DNA from: the human T2T-CHM13v2.0 reference genome, Homo sapiens
Assembly (NCBI RefSeq): GCF_009914755.1
Contig: NC_060932.1
DNA length: 64,000 bases
Direction: 5' to 3' (one strand)
The position numbers were made by a program, and so were the translations under genes. Under the pieces are notes generated by a model. That model searched no databases, was not told the origin of the DNA, and was given only the letters and a program-made list of their open reading frames with translations. Shown piece by piece: positions 16,493 through 33,000 of this stretch. The stretch's first letter is position 1, and each line of letters starts with the position of its first letter.

Positions 16493-18639
16493 TGTTTTAG
16501 ATTTTTTTTAAAAGACTAGTTAATGAGCTTTATCATTAGTTCCTAAGGTGAATCCTTTCCCAACCTCTCTGACAAAGTCAACTCTCCCACATTATATGCT
16601 CTCATAGCACTCAATACCCCATTAGAATGTTTATCCCAAGTGCAACTTTGCATTTATTTGTATTGTTATTTATGTAATGACTCTCACTACACTGTAAGCT
16701 TCCTAAGGGTAGAAATATGTATGTTCTTTTTCTCTGTTATATTCCTAATGACTAAAATAGTTCCTGGAACACAGTTGTTGCATAATAAATATTGAGTGGG
16801 TGGAGGAATAATGGTTTGCAGACATCTTTTGGACAAGCAATGGACCAGGAGTTCTGGACCCTTGCATTCTGTCTCTGGCTTCCAACTGATACGTAATTTA
16901 TCTCTTAACTTTTCTCTGTCTCTTTTAGTATTGTAAAACTGAATGAAACCTGCCCTACCTACTTAACAGGTCATTGTGAGCATCAAATGAGAAAAGTGAA
17001 GGTACTTTGAAAAGTATAAAGGTTCTATTCACATATAAAATTACGTTAAATAGCTCCTGATTTAAGTGGAAGGCACTGTAGTGGATACAAAGTATAATAC
17101 TAATACATGGATCATGTTATTGTTATTTATTCTATAACCTATAGGAGTTGTATTTCAAGATGGAGTTTAGTTTCTAATTCTTTTATATTTTACTTTTTGC
17201 TTATCTTAGAAATTATCTTACTATTCATTGTTTAGAGTAGTGAATATTATTTCCCCTTGTGAAAAGCATGTAAAGAAAAATTACCTAAGCCTAGTCCTCA
17301 TATTTTTTTCTTTTCTATGGTTCAGAAAGCTCTATGGTTTCAGCACAAACTATCTTTTACAAATGGCTCATCTGTGTATTTATAAATATTTTGTGCTGTG
17401 GGGCATAAAGAGATTGTATATGTTAACTCTGGTTAAAATGGAATAGGAAAACATCAGTTAGATAAATTGAATTGAAATAAATACTTTATTGTATTTTGGG
17501 AACAGGGCAAGATGTCCTCAATTTAAAAAACAAAATAACTCTATATTGGGTCATTACATAATTTTCTACCACTAGGTTATTAAAATATATTTATGTTTTC
17601 CCCTTATTTTCTGTTTCCAAATCTTACCTTTACTTTTTTATTTTTCTAATTTTTCTTCTTTTTAACTTCAACAATCTGGGTTGCAGAGGAAAAAAACCTG
17701 GCACTTAATCAAGAACATGATCTCATTGCTTTCAATGGCTTAGAAAAGAAACATTTTAAAGCAGTTGAAAGATTTCACTTTAGAAAGTAGGTACTGCATA
17801 ACTAAGTGTGTTGGTTCCCAGCAGAGCCTTGAGTAACCTCTTTCCAGCCATCCTCATGTTTTTTCTGTTCTACTTCCTGTTCAGTGAGCAGTAGCCTAAG
17901 TTTAAAAAAAAATTCAGTAAGAATTTCCTTTGGCGCTCTTGCCAGAGTATTGTTTTCTGTTCTTTTACTTCTCTACATACTACTGTTATATTTTTGTCGA
18001 TTGATTGCTTCTAGGCTTCATTACCTATAGACAGAGATGGAGAATAACTTTTAGTTTCCTCTTGCTTACACAAACCCCCCAGCCCTTTCAGAGTCCTCTT
18101 CAGTATTTCTAGGAGCCCTTGAATGGAATGTGACATGTGTTCAAGAACAGAAACGAATACTCTTTCCTTACAGCCTCCTTGGGAAGTCCATCCGCCCTCA
18201 GGCCACCCCAGTGTGGTACCTATCAATGCCACTGCTACTGGGTCCTCTGTGAGGGATAGTAGCAGTGTGAGAAATGCTGTCTTTAGTGCTTCAGAGCTGC
18301 CAGTCTTCAGGGTGCCCCGGAGGTGCCAGGCTGAATTAGACCAGTTCAAGGAGCCAGATGGAAAAAGACACCATGCCATTTATTCCATTGTCCGTAGTTC
18401 AGCGCAGTCTCCTTCTGCTCACCCCTTCACCCGCTCTAGGTTCTTGCTGAAATCTCCAGCATCCTTGAACAAGGCAAAATAGCATATATGTGGAGGGAGG
18501 GGGTCATTGCCACACCAGTTCTAGTAGTTACTTAATTTCTTAGTCATATTTGGAATCAGCTCAGCCAACTTGTTACATTTTTAAAACATAATTTTAACCT
18601 GCTACAGAATTCAAAAAGTACAAAAATGTATCCAGGGGA

Positions 18640-19100
18640 CAGTCTCCTTACTGCCCCCATCCCTCAGTTATTAAGTTCTCCTCCTTGAGGGAATTAATAC
18701 TACCAGTTTCTTTTGTATCCTTCCAGAAATATTTCATGCATGTGTAAAAACAAATCTATATATAGTTATTTATATTGTTCCCTACTTTCCTCCTCCTGCT
18801 GCTCCTTCATAACTGACATGTGTATATTCAGCTCCTTGTTCTTTTCTCTCGGAGTCTGTTTCATATTAGCACATAACGAATTTTCTTATTTTTTTTAATA
18901 GTTGCATTGTATGGCTATACTATAACTTATTTATGTAGTCTCCTAATGGTGGCATTTAGGGTGTTTCTGATCTTTTGGTATTACAAATAATACTGCAAAG
19001 AATAATACTGAACATAAATTATTTTGCTTATGAGTGTATCTGTAGCATAAATCTCTACTACTGGAATTGCTAGGTTAAAAGTTGTTTGCATTGTAATTTG
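18640..19100 (-). mobile_element. Old L1ME fragment, antisense
   Basis: ggcatttagggtgtttctgatcttttggtattacaaataatactgc...ggaattgctagg. Confidence 0.6.
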
Positions 19101-19320
19101 GATCCTGCTACCTTTTCAGTTACTAAACTCTGAGGGGCTTTGTTTGGCTTTTTGGCTTTTGTTTTGTCTCTGATTCCTAGCTTCTACTCTAGACTCCTGC
19201 TTTTTGTGAACCGCTTCTTCACCATCTGATTTTATTTGATGATTGATCAGGCAGTGCCCAGGCAATATGAATAAGTAGACCAGGTATAAGGAGAAAAAAA
19301 TAGGTTGTTGTGTTTCACGC

Positions 19321-19856
19321 TGTAGGGGAGGTAAAATTTCTTCTGTGTCCGTTTAGGGTCTCTGGCTGGACCCAAGAATTAAACTGATGTAAGATAAATT
19401 AACAAGAGAAAAAGCATACAAATTGTATTCAATAATTTACATGTACATGGGAGCCCTCACAAGAAAATGAAGACCCAAGGAAGCAGTGAGGACCAAAAGC
19501 TTATATACTGAGTGGACAAAGAGTAGTAAATTGTGAAAACATGACAAGGCAAAGGGATTTGGGCTAGAGCAGTTTGTCGTGGAAAACTGACTAGGCAGAT
19601 AAGGGTTAGTTTAACAAGGTTTGTTTGTACAGATTTCTCGTCCTCAGCTCTCAGGCTCTGGTGATAAGAATGTCTTCCTTCCTCCTGGTACAGGGAGGGC
19701 ACCTTTCACATGGAAATGTTATCTTCTGCTTTCAGGAAGGAAAGGAAGGTCAGAGTGCCTTCTTGTATCTGCTGTTTTTCTAGTGCCCTTAACTCAAGAT
19801 AATCAATATGCCAAAGTGACGTATTTTGGGGTGGCATGCTCTGAACCCTGTTAACA
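19321..19856 (-). mobile_element. ERV1 solo LTR, MER34-like
   Basis: TG...CA ends. The reverse strand begins tgttaacagggttcagagcatgccaccccaaaatacgtcactttggcatattgattatcttgag, like the MER34-family 5' end. Confidence 0.75.
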
Positions 19857-22120
19857 CTTTTCATAGAGACATAAGTATAAAGAATTATGTCTCTTTCACA
19901 GTATAACCTTCAATGATAAATGAGAGTTGATACTTGGTGTCTAGAGATGGTGGGGTTACCACTGTCACTCTGCCCTGTGGTGAACTGAAAGGTGCATGTC
20001 CTGTATCAAGGGATTACATAAGGGATTACAAAGTCAGTGGTGACAGATGCTGCACTTCTTCTGTAAAAACAGAAGCCTCAATATTTATATGCAGCCTCCC
20101 AACTTTTAAATACTGTGTAGGTCAAAATACGTCCACAGGATTGATCCAGCCCCATAAGCCAGGAGTTTCTGCCCTCTACTGTTGTACATACAGAGACACC
20201 TTCTTGGCTTGTTTCTCTAGCGCTGACTTTCTACATATTCTAGTCTCTCATCATCTGCTACAGGCTAGATACTGCCCCTAGATGGTCCACTGATTTTTAC
20301 AATATTCAGTTCTGCATATCATCATTGTCTGTCTTCTGAAATCTTTATTTGCAGTTTCCTTTACCCTTGATGTTTTTTAGTCACAACGTACAGAATCATG
20401 AGATTCGAATACTGCATTTGTGTTCATTTAATCACCATATCCTATGAATCCAACAAGCATTTTTATTATTAAGTGTAGACTGTTAGAATTTTAGTAACTA
20501 GGAACAGAAAATACAGACATTTGTTATGTTCTCTTCATGATCTCTACCAAGATTCTTTCTAGAGTCTGGTCATTATTTGAAGGAGCAGGAGAGCATGATC
20601 ATTGATACTGGTTAAGTATTATTAATAAAATAAAGCTTACCAAGAAAAGTTTTTCTGTCTGAAGTCATTCATGGCATCCTTTGAATGTGGTTTGTTCTGT
20701 GAGGTACTGGAAGAGGAATTAATAACTTGAGCTAAAGTCTCCAAACGTTGGATTACTATTCCCATTGGATCAAACATCTTAACCTGGTGGGTCTCCAGTA
20801 CTACATCCTTATTTTATTTTTTAGAAATTCCCACTGGAGAGAGGTGTACAGTTGTCACTAATCATTTTTCCTCTTCCTCTTGTTGGACCTGTTTCCAATC
20901 CATCAAAAGTGATTACACAGCTATTAGGAAGAAAAAGGTAATTCCTTCAAGATGGTTAGAAACTACTGCTTTGATTCTTTTTCTCAAATGGTAATTTATT
21001 CATAATTAGAATAATTAAAAGGTTTGTTAGAGGCACTGTAAAAAACTGAATTTTGGAAAGAAACTTGGGACAATGAGTCCCTGCAGTTGCTGGGGGAAAG
21101 CAAGCCTCATCCAAGCAGTTCTTGGCTGAGAGATACCTGCCTAGCTCTGGATTTCTGCGCATTTAGGAAACAACTTTCTCATCATAGTTTGATTCTGCAA
21201 ACTCCCCCACTCAAAAGCAAGTGTTCTCAATAAGCCATTCCAATGTTGTTATTTTTGTTACAAATACTATTTTGTGTGACTTTACCGTCCTTAAGAGGTT
21301 TCCCTAAAGATATGATAGCTTTTAGAAAGGTTAATGCTTCAAACTTTCAAAGAGGCAAAAGTGCTAACATTTCTAGGTGCCTACTTTAGGAGCTTCTTCT
21401 ACTGTATCTTTAGTTCTCATACTGATCCCTTGAGGAAGATATCATTGTCCACAATTTACAGAAGAGGAAATGAGGGCTTAACAAGATTAAGAAATTTGTG
21501 CAAGATCAAACTGCTAACAAGTGGTAGAACCTGAGGTCAAATACACAGCAGTCTTGCTTAAAATCTTATTCTTTGTGATCTCTTACTTTATCCAACTCCG
21601 AGTTTTTCATTTTAGGACGATTACTTTGTTAACTATGTATAACAAGAATAGGACTGAAGGTAGGGAGAGTGGTTGAAAACCATTGCATTAGTATAACAGA
21701 AAGAGAAGGTCTCAAGTAAGATAACAGTAGGATTGGAGAGAACGTTATAAATAAAAGAACCTGCTAAGGAGGGCAGTTGGCACCACTTAGTGTAGGATTT
21801 TTGTATTTTGTTTTAGTTTATCATGTAAAGAATGAATTTTTCCAGCTGTGAATTTCAGTTTAAAATGATGACCTATCGATTATATTTTGAATTTATCTAA
21901 TAACAGTATTTTGGGATATGACACAACATAAAGTATAAAGGCAGAATTTTAAGAGTCCATTATTCTCTGCCTTTCATGGGGAAAAGGTTTTTTTTTTTCC
22001 ACTTTTTGAAGTAACTTTAATAAGATACAATTCACATACCGTACAATTTACCCATTTAAAGTATATAGGTCAAAGAATTTTACTATATTCACAGTTGTGT
22101 AACCATCATCAAATCCATAG

Positions 22121-22795
<675 letters not shown>

Positions 22796-24104
22796 TCAAA
22801 TCTTTATTTTTATGTGTCTTAGCTCAGATAAAAAGAGCATGCGATATAAATTTAGCTCATTTAAAAATGCTGGTTAAAAATAACATAAAAGAATTTAAAG
22901 CCAATTTGAGTCTGGAAATTATTCCAAAGATTGAAGAGGTCTTGCCACCTGTAGTTACATATAAATCCATAGTACAATGGGTACTTTGTGAGACCTCGTT
23001 ATATTTGGTTGCATACAATAAATAACAAATATTAACACTGTATATTTGTATGGCACATTGTAGTTTATAATTATCATTATAGTTTGAGAACCCAGGAGCT
23101 TGTCAGTAGGTATCTGAGGAAAATAATTCAGGATAAGGGATTTAAAACATATGGATACTTTAGAAGATAAAATTGAGATAAACCCTTGTCATTTTGGAGT
23201 AGAATACATTATCTTGAGGAACATAAGAAAGAGAGAAAATGTGATGCTTATCTGTAGCCCAGGTTTTTAAAGACGGGTGTGTAAGAAAGATGTATGTTCC
23301 ACAACTCAGATGGAGAGCGTTTTTTCATGAATTGAGGTAATTTTTATGTCTGTTAGCAAGGCAATATAAAATGTGAGGCCCTAAAATAACTCTCTATAGT
23401 AGACTCTGAGGAATTCAGAGAAATAAACTGTTGTCCTTGAGTTGCTTACAGTATCATGAGTATTGGGTAAAGGATAAGTTGGCTCTGTGGAATTTGTTAG
23501 ACTTCAGCTTTTAGTTGTGAACCACTATCTGACTGCCCACCTGGTTATTCTGAATTATATATTAGCATATCCTCCTGAGATGTGGAAAGTAAAACACTCC
23601 TCCACTTCTCTTGCAATTGAGAGCATATGAATTCTTTCATCCTCTGCCTTCTTTTCTTCCTTTCAGCACTCGCTACCTAGTAAATTGACTGATGATGCAT
23701 CAAAGCTAGTTAGAAGAGTAGTTGATAATACTCTGAAGTACAATTTAGTGGATGCTGGGACTGTCTAAAAATAATGTCTCAAGTAACCTGTTGATATTAT
23801 CAGAAATTCTACCGTTAGCAATTCATGCTAAATCTCTTGTTAAATTGGATTATCCCTACTAAGGCTGTTGACTTAATCCACGTTAGCTAAGATAATATTT
23901 CATATTTTTAATAGAAATTTTCTAATGTAGATTCTCCTTTGATCTGTCCCTCCTGCCCCCGCCCCTGATTTCATGTTCTCACGTTACTTTGTTCATACAG
24001 CTCTAACCATATTGTCTTCGTGCAGTTTCTTTGAAACTGATAGGCTGTGAGATCTTGATCTTGAATGCTTTGTCCCTTATATCTACATGGCTTGCTGCCT
24101 AATT

Positions 24105-24272
24105 TCATTTATTTATTTATTTATTTGAGACAGGGTCTTGCTCCTTTGCCCAGACTGGAGTATAGTGGTGCAGATATGCTCACTACAGCCTCTATCTCCT
24201 GGGCTCAAGTGATCTTCCTTCCTTGGCCTCTCAAAGTGCTGGGATTGCAGGCTTGAGCCACTGTACCAGGCC
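24105..24272 (-). mobile_element. Alu monomer (FRAM/FLAM-like), antisense
   Basis: Single-arm Alu. Confidence 0.75.
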
Positions 24273-26369
24273 TAACCTAACCTTGTTTAAATCTTTATTA
24301 AGATTTTATTTTCTCAATAAGACTTTCTCTGAGCATTCTATTTAAATTCATTATCCTACCATCCACTGTCTCTATCTTCTTTCCCCACTTTTTGTTTCTC
24401 CATTGTACTTATCATGACCTGAAAATACATTTTTTTACCACAAGAATGTAACCTCCATGTGAGCAGGAATTTTGTTTTGTTCATTGCTGTATTTCCCAGT
24501 TACCCATGCAACAGGTGCTTAGTAAATATTTGCTGAGTGCATAAATGAATGTATACATGGGTCTCGCAGGATTGAGGCATAAAAGAAGTGCCTATGTAGA
24601 GAGGATACCATTTATCTCATGTTACAGGTTTTTTAAAGATGATATTCTGTGAAAATAATGTTTTAAAATTTTATTTTCTTCCCCTTCTACAGGAAATCCT
24701 TGTCTATGGCCAGCTATGGAGGGCTTCTGTTTGCGCATTTATAACAATTCTGAACTCTTAACAAAACCTTTGAATGACATGCATTTAGTAGATCTTGAGT
24801 TTCTGAATGTCTGGAATTTTTGCTTTTATTTATTGTGCAAATTAGTGTAAGCACTAACCTGGGAATCAGAGTTTCTGGCTCCTATGATCAGATTTTTTTT
24901 CATCTATAAATTGATGTGACTGGAAAACATGATTGTTAATATCAGTTCTAGCTTAATATAAGATTTTATTATTTACCTTATTCTAGCTTAATGAAATCTC
25001 TTTCTCCAATTCTATAATATTTCCTTTATTAAGGGTTGGGAAACTTCTGGGGTAAGGGAAATGCAAAATAAGGAGGAAGACATTAAATCTTCCAGAAACT
25101 CAAGACCACAAGTTTTTGCTCTAGTAATTGTTTATTATACTCTGCCTGCAAAGCAAAGAGAGTAGAGGTTTCAAAGCCACATGAATGTTTGAGTAATAAA
25201 TCAGGGCATCTGTATTAGTTCTATGAGTAAACTTTAATTTTTTAACATGAAAATATTCCCGATGTATGCCAGTAGGAATAGTTTTTGTTTGTTTTAGTCC
25301 AGGAGATAGTTTCCTTTTTTGAATAATAGTTACACAGACATTAAAATTATTTATGATGATGATAGGAGACTCTGCAACTCAGCTTTTTAAGTTTTCCTGT
25401 TGGAGTCAACTCTGGAGAGCTGTCATGGGCTAAGCAACATAGAGATGTTGATCTGGATTCTCAGTCTGGTATTTTTTAGCTACCTTGGTGGAGGGGTGGG
25501 GCACCTGCAGGCTTAACAGAGTTTGGCCTGCAAGGCACTGTGATGTAGATCATAAATCAGTGACAGGGTAGGGTGGTAACTCTTTCATCCTGAGAACACA
25601 TATTATTTACCCGATTATCAAGAACAAAGCCTATTTATCTTTGTAACTTTAGCATTTTGGCTTGCAGTGGATACTTAATAAATTCTTATTAATTATCTTG
25701 GAAAATGTTCCAATTATGTTATTTTTAAATTTAGTATCACAGAATCTTTTGGTACTAATTTTTAGGACTGGAACCCTTAAGATGATCTTACTTAAATAAG
25801 ACTTCAAAATGGGCATTTTCTTTCATTTCTTCACTAAGCAAAGATTTATTTACTGCTTGTTGCCAGCTCATTGGTAGCAGCTGAGGCTGCAGCAATTGAT
25901 AAGAAACAATCCCTGCTCTTATGCTCACATTCTAGTAGGGAAAGACAGATAGGTATACAAATTATTGTAATACAGGATAACAGAAATATATGTGTGGTGC
26001 TGTACTAGCAGAGTTTTGTAAAGGTTATTTGCTGTCCTGAGGCCAGTAGAAAAGAAAGGGGAGGAAGGTATTCTGGTTCAGAAGGGCTAAGGGACCTGAT
26101 TGGCTGGGGCAAGTAATTACTATGTGGGATGAGAGCAACAGAGGTTAGAGACTAGTTTGGGAATTCTTATGAGTTACTTTCACCAATATCATATATGAAT
26201 TCCTTTGAAGTAGGCATATCCTAAGTGCTGTCAAGTTTATCTTCAATTATGATTAAATCATTAAATGTATTTCATCAAGTATTCAGCTCGGAATGCCAGT
26301 ATGTATGTCTTTATGCCTTGACATTCTATTTTACCCAGGAGATATGGCATTGCATCATGAGAATTTTTC

Positions 26370-26548
26370 TTGTACTGTCAACCAGTACATAGTTTCCAAG
26401 TGGAATTATCTTAGAAGCCGTTTAAAAATACTCTTGGACCCCCACCTCTAGTTTAGATTCAGTAAGTCCAGAGTTGTCTGGGGATTCTATGCTTATAAAA
26501 GACTTACATGTGATTCTGATGTACAGCACAGTTTGGGAACAATTGCAC
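26370..26548. mobile_element. MER5-like hAT DNA transposon
   Basis: gattcagtaagtccagag...tgattctgatgtacagcacagtttgggaacaattg. Confidence 0.6.
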
Positions 26549-27281
26549 TAAACTGACATGGAGAGAAAGTTCTACCTGCTGTAATACATTTGTACTGTAA
26601 TTCAGTAAGAATGGAATAGGTTCACATGTAACTTAACAGTAATGACCCCATGGGAGTAGAGCACTCTGAGATTTCCATAGAAGGGAATGCTAAATGTAGT
26701 ATATTGTAAACAGTGGCGGCTCCTTAGATATGTTTTGAATTTAAACGAATCTGAAGATCTGAAGTCAAACCACAGATTGTACAGTTACAACTCTGAAACA
26801 GTGAAGCCACAGGGGAAGTGACATTTAAACTGACTATGCTTGAAGGTGATCATGGTTGGAGTCAGTACGTTAGAGGCACAACTGTATAGAGGTAGAGATG
26901 GTAGCTCAGCTCCGACCTAGGGATAAGTCTTCTCTGACATTTCCTAGCATAGTTCAACAGAGTTTACCAGTTACTCACTATTAATAATAGAGAAATATAT
27001 ATTTGTATTTTAGATGACATATTTTAGAATAGGAAAAAGTAGGGAACATAATTGAGATCAACAGTAAAAGCCACCATGTGTTTTAAAGTAATCAAGACCT
27101 ATAATTCCTGTACTAGGCTATTATAGTAAATTCTAGAGGGTATGTGGCAGTCATATGGCTTTTCTGATTACCTGTATTTATTGATAAAGCTCTAAGATCA
27201 TATGACAGTAGCCTGGAGCCTCTTGTCCAGAAGCCATAAAGAATGTGATGTTTTAACCTCTTCTATCTGTTCATGAGTTAG

Positions 27282-27615
<334 letters not shown>

Positions 27616-28069
27616 CAAATAATATTTTAGGAGCAGATATAGATAATAGACAAATAAAATCAATATATAATATGTCAAGTAGCAATGCCTGCTTAGAGGA
27701 AAAAGACAGTGAAAATAAGACTATTTTGTTTAACAACAACAACAACAAAAGCTGAGTTTAGGAAAAGGAAGCCTGGAAAAAAGAGAAGCTGGTGTGGTTG
27801 TATCATACATGTTTAATCAGTGCTTCTTGAATGAATGTGCAAAAGACACAGGTGTTATCTGCAAATTTAATATACAAAAAAATGACGTGGTGAAGAGAGA
27901 AAGTACTGAATATAATTTTAAAATATAGGCCCAGAGAATTAATAGTTTCCTTTCATTCTGCTCTGGTTAGGCTCTCTGCAGGAGTTTTGTGTTGAATTTG
28001 GGGAGCCACTTTTTAAGAGAAACTCTGACATGCACATCTGAAGAAGGCAGTCAAGATAATAAGAAAACC

Positions 28070-28375
28070 AGGCTGAGCACGGTGGCTCCCACCTGTAATC
28101 CCAGCACTTTAAGAGGCCAAGGGAGGAGGAACACTTAAGCCCGATCAGGAGTTTGAGACCAGCCTGGGCAACATAGTTGGATCCCTGTCTCTACAAAAAT
28201 TTTTTTAAAAATCAGCTGGGCATTATGGCATGTGCCTGTAGTCCCAGCTACTCTGAAGGTTGAGGTGGGAGGATTGTTTGAGCCTGGAAGTTTGAGGTTG
28301 CAGTGAGCTCTGATGCCTGGGTGACAGAGTAAGACCCTATCTTAAAAAAAAAAAAAAAAAAGAAAAAGAAAAGAA
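28070..28375 (+). mobile_element. AluJ, sense
   Basis: Alu consensus with A tail. Confidence 0.85.
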
Positions 28376-28380
28376 AATGA

Positions 28381-28771
<391 letters not shown>

Positions 28772-31700
28772 TAAAAAGGCTGACTTGTGGAAAAAAAAAA
28801 TTTAATCTTTATCAGTCCAGCCAGACAAATAGGTTGAAGTTACAGGAAACAATTTTAGAAACTATAAAAGGAAGATCTTTATCAGTAAAACTCTCCAATA
28901 AGCTTTCTGGTCACTGGAAGTGTAGGAAAGGCTACACGAGTATCTATAGGTCTATCAGTTTTTGACAAGTACTGTATGTAATAATTCTTTTGGAATAAAA
29001 ATATCCATGATATGTGATATATGTAACTTTAATCACAAATCATAATGATGCTTGACTTCTTGCACAGTGTTTATCACAAGTAAACATTTGCCCAGAGAAA
29101 TGATAACAAAGAGTATTTGAATCTTACATTTTGGAGAAAGGTGAAGCCTACTATAGCAGAACTACAGTTCTGCTAAGACAAGGGAAGTCCGTTAGCTGAT
29201 TGACCTTGGGCAAGTAGTGTCTTGTCTTAATTACCTACCTGAAGGGATTCTGAGATTAAACGAGCTGTTAACTATAAAGTACTTATTTCCCAGTGAGTGT
29301 CTGACCCAAAGAAGTGTTCATTAAATAGTGATAGTAGTTGTTCTTTACCATTTTAAACTATCAGGAGGCATTATTTGAGAGATTCATATTTCAATCATCA
29401 TTTTTAATTCCTGTTTCTATGGTATGTGTTTTCCTTGTGTCACCAACCATCCTTCACCCCAGACCCTCCATGTGTCTGTCTCTCAAGTCACAGCTAACTG
29501 TAGTAAGGCCTCATTTATTGGTTATTGTTTGAGGGAAAAACTGTTTGGCATGAGTGCAACACCTTCTGATTAACTTCCTAAAAGGTAAACTTGTCTTTTA
29601 GCCATTTTAGCTTTAAAAAACATAGTTTCCTGCCTGTTTAAAACAAAGATCCTAAACATGACTTTAACTTCTCGATGAGTCACTGTTATGTGTAGCTGTA
29701 ATTAAATAGTCATTTTCATTTACTTTATTTTCTTCTCTTCTGGTAGCTATCATTTTTTTTTTTCCAGTGGTTAAGCCTTTTTATACTCTCCCAACCACTT
29801 TTTAAGTTTCTATGTCTAGTCTGGATTTGGAAATCAGATATTGGCATTTGCTAAGAATTTTATGTATTAAAATGATGAGATACCTGATACCTGGAATTTG
29901 CTTGAGAATACCTCTTGGAGCAGGGAGAGGAGGAGATATAAGATTGGCCATGATTTGCTAACTGTTCAAGCTGGGTGATAGGTATATAAGCGTTCATTAA
30001 CTGTCTCCTCTTTCTGCTCTTTTACATGTTTGCAAATTTTCATAATAATAACTGATTTTAAAGAACCACCAGTTAAAAAAAGAGTTGTATGTTAGCTGTA
30101 TGCAGGCCTATGCATATTTTGTATCTTTGTAAGGATTCACAGGAAACTGGTATTTATCTTTGGTCAGTAGCACTGAGAGTTTAGGGGAGAGGATGTTCAC
30201 TTTTCTTTTTATCCTGCTGGAGTTTCATGATATTTTTTACCTCTATGAGCTGTGTTTATTTTTATATTTATGTATATATGTATTTTTTAAACATTTATAT
30301 CTAGTCAGGAAGGAGGTTCATATTCTCATCTGTAAATTGAAAGTGCCAATAATGTCTAATTTATGGGATTCTGAGCATTGCATACTTCTCTATTTTAAAC
30401 TTTTTTGGTTTTATTTTTATAGATATTTTAGATGGGTAAAATTGGGTTCTGTGTAAGGGACTAAAGGAGCAGCTTTAGAAGGGGCTCTGTAATGGTGTTT
30501 AAATTTTGGGGGATTATTTTTTATTATCCAAATCTGGGCTTAAGGGTCTTACTAGTTGGTCTATGTAGTATCCCCCATCATCTCTCCCAATGATGGCTTG
30601 CTTGCTGCCTGTGCCACCCTTTCTTAATTCTTTGCTTTCTTCCAGAAGCCTTACATTCTTCTTAATACTTCTTTCTTCCCTGATTTAAATATTCTGTCCT
30701 TTCTGTGTGTACCATTATTGAGTGAAACAGATCTATGCCAAGCTGTACAATGTAAATTCAATTTTAAATCACCACTAACATATTGGATTCACAATGCAGC
30801 ATTTTTTGAAGATGGGAGTATAAACTGGTGCCTCTTTGGGAGGCAATTTGACAAAATCTGTCATAACTTAAAATGTATATACTCTGTCACAACAATTATA
30901 CTGCTAGTGTTTTACCCTAATGATGTACTTACACGTGTACAAAGATGTATGAAGAAGGATGGATGACAAGAAACTATGGTGTGTGGGTGGAAAAGAAGAA
31001 GGACTTTGGGGTGGGAGACCAGCTTACCTTTCATTTTATGTCTTTGAAAGTTTACTTTTTTTCTGTACCTTATACAGTAATTACTTTTTATATTCAAGAG
31101 AAAAACTAGGGTAGAACGAGCCATCTTGCCACCTTCTGGCAATACAGTATCGACAGGTTCTTATTCCTAATAGATTTTTCTTGATTATGTTTTTCTTCAG
31201 AGGTCAACATTGCTGATGGTAGGCGTCTTCATTGCTCTACTTGACTTCATGTAATATTTTGACAGTTCTAGTCCTTTGGTAATTCAGAGTTCATTTCTGA
31301 TGGTAGGAATTCTTATAATTTTATCAAATATGCATATATATATATTTGTTACATGTATATATGTAAATGTGGCCATATGCTTTTTAAAAAGTATAGTCTC
31401 TTTTTTTTCTTCTCAAGTTGTTTTTTTTCTTTACTTCCTTCATTCCTTGGCTTCTGAGGCCATTCACATATCCTTCCTGATCCATATCCTATACGCACAC
31501 CCATTCTTCACCCCAGTTCCTTTACGTGTTGCCCACCTATTCTTTTCTTCTATGCTCTTGTACATAGAGATGTGCATATGTATGTCTGCCTTTAGATACG
31601 CAAACTGATGTCAGAACACACATATAAAGGGATATTTTGGTTGTAGTTTTCTTTTTTAAATCCTGATCATATTATGCTTTCTTAAAATAGCATTTTATTT

Positions 31701-31855
31701 TTTACTCAACACTGCATTAAATAAATTCTACCAAAGTACTTGATAAAACTCTAATTCTTTTTAATGATTGGATTTGTGTTAATTGATTAAAGTATATTGT
31801 AATTTAGCCATTTCTGTGTTGATTGAAACAACTCTTTGTAGAAATAAGAAATTGG

Positions 31856-32194
<339 letters not shown>

Positions 32195-33000
32195 TTATGT
32201 ATGGTTACTTTTATTTCTGTAGAATTGATTCTCAGGAGTAGGATTGCTAAATTAAAGGTGTAAGCTCTTTAAATTTTAATATATATCACTATATTTCTTT
32301 CCAAATGATGTCATAATCACATTTAGACCAATGAAATATGGTAGTATGATTGAAGATATGTCTGTTAAATTTTTACTGAAGTGATATCTCATTGTTAAAC
32401 TGTTATTTCCTTGACTTCTAGTGCATTTGAGTATTTTTTGAATAAACTTGATAACTTGGATCTGCTCTTTCTCTACATGTCATGTTTTTTCCAGTTTAAC
32501 TGCTTAAGTTTTTTTTTTCTTCATAATAGGAAATTTTTAACGTTTTGTTTATCTTTTGAAGTTTCTGGTCTTTGTTAAGCATATCTACAAGACCTGTCAT
32601 CTTCTAAATTTTGTTGTAGATGTATTACTATGATTTATTTTTTACATTTGTCTTTATTCTGCCTGATACTTATTTTTTACATATAATGTAAGATAAAAAT
32701 GCAATTGTTTTTTTTGCTAGATGATAACCAGTTTTTTTATTATAATTTTAAAAAATATGTATTCTTTCCTGCTGAATTAAAATGTAACCTTTGATAGCAC
32801 ATTGTGCCATATGTGCTGTAATCTATAATTAAGATCTTTATTCTGTCCTGCTCATTTGTGTGTCCGTTTCTATGCCAGTGCCATATTGATTTCATTACAG
32901 TGGCTTTTGAATGTATTTCTGATTATCTGGTCAGAGAAGTCCACTTTTGGTTTTCTTCTTTTGCACAATTTTCTTAGTAGTTCTTAAACTGTCTGCTCTA

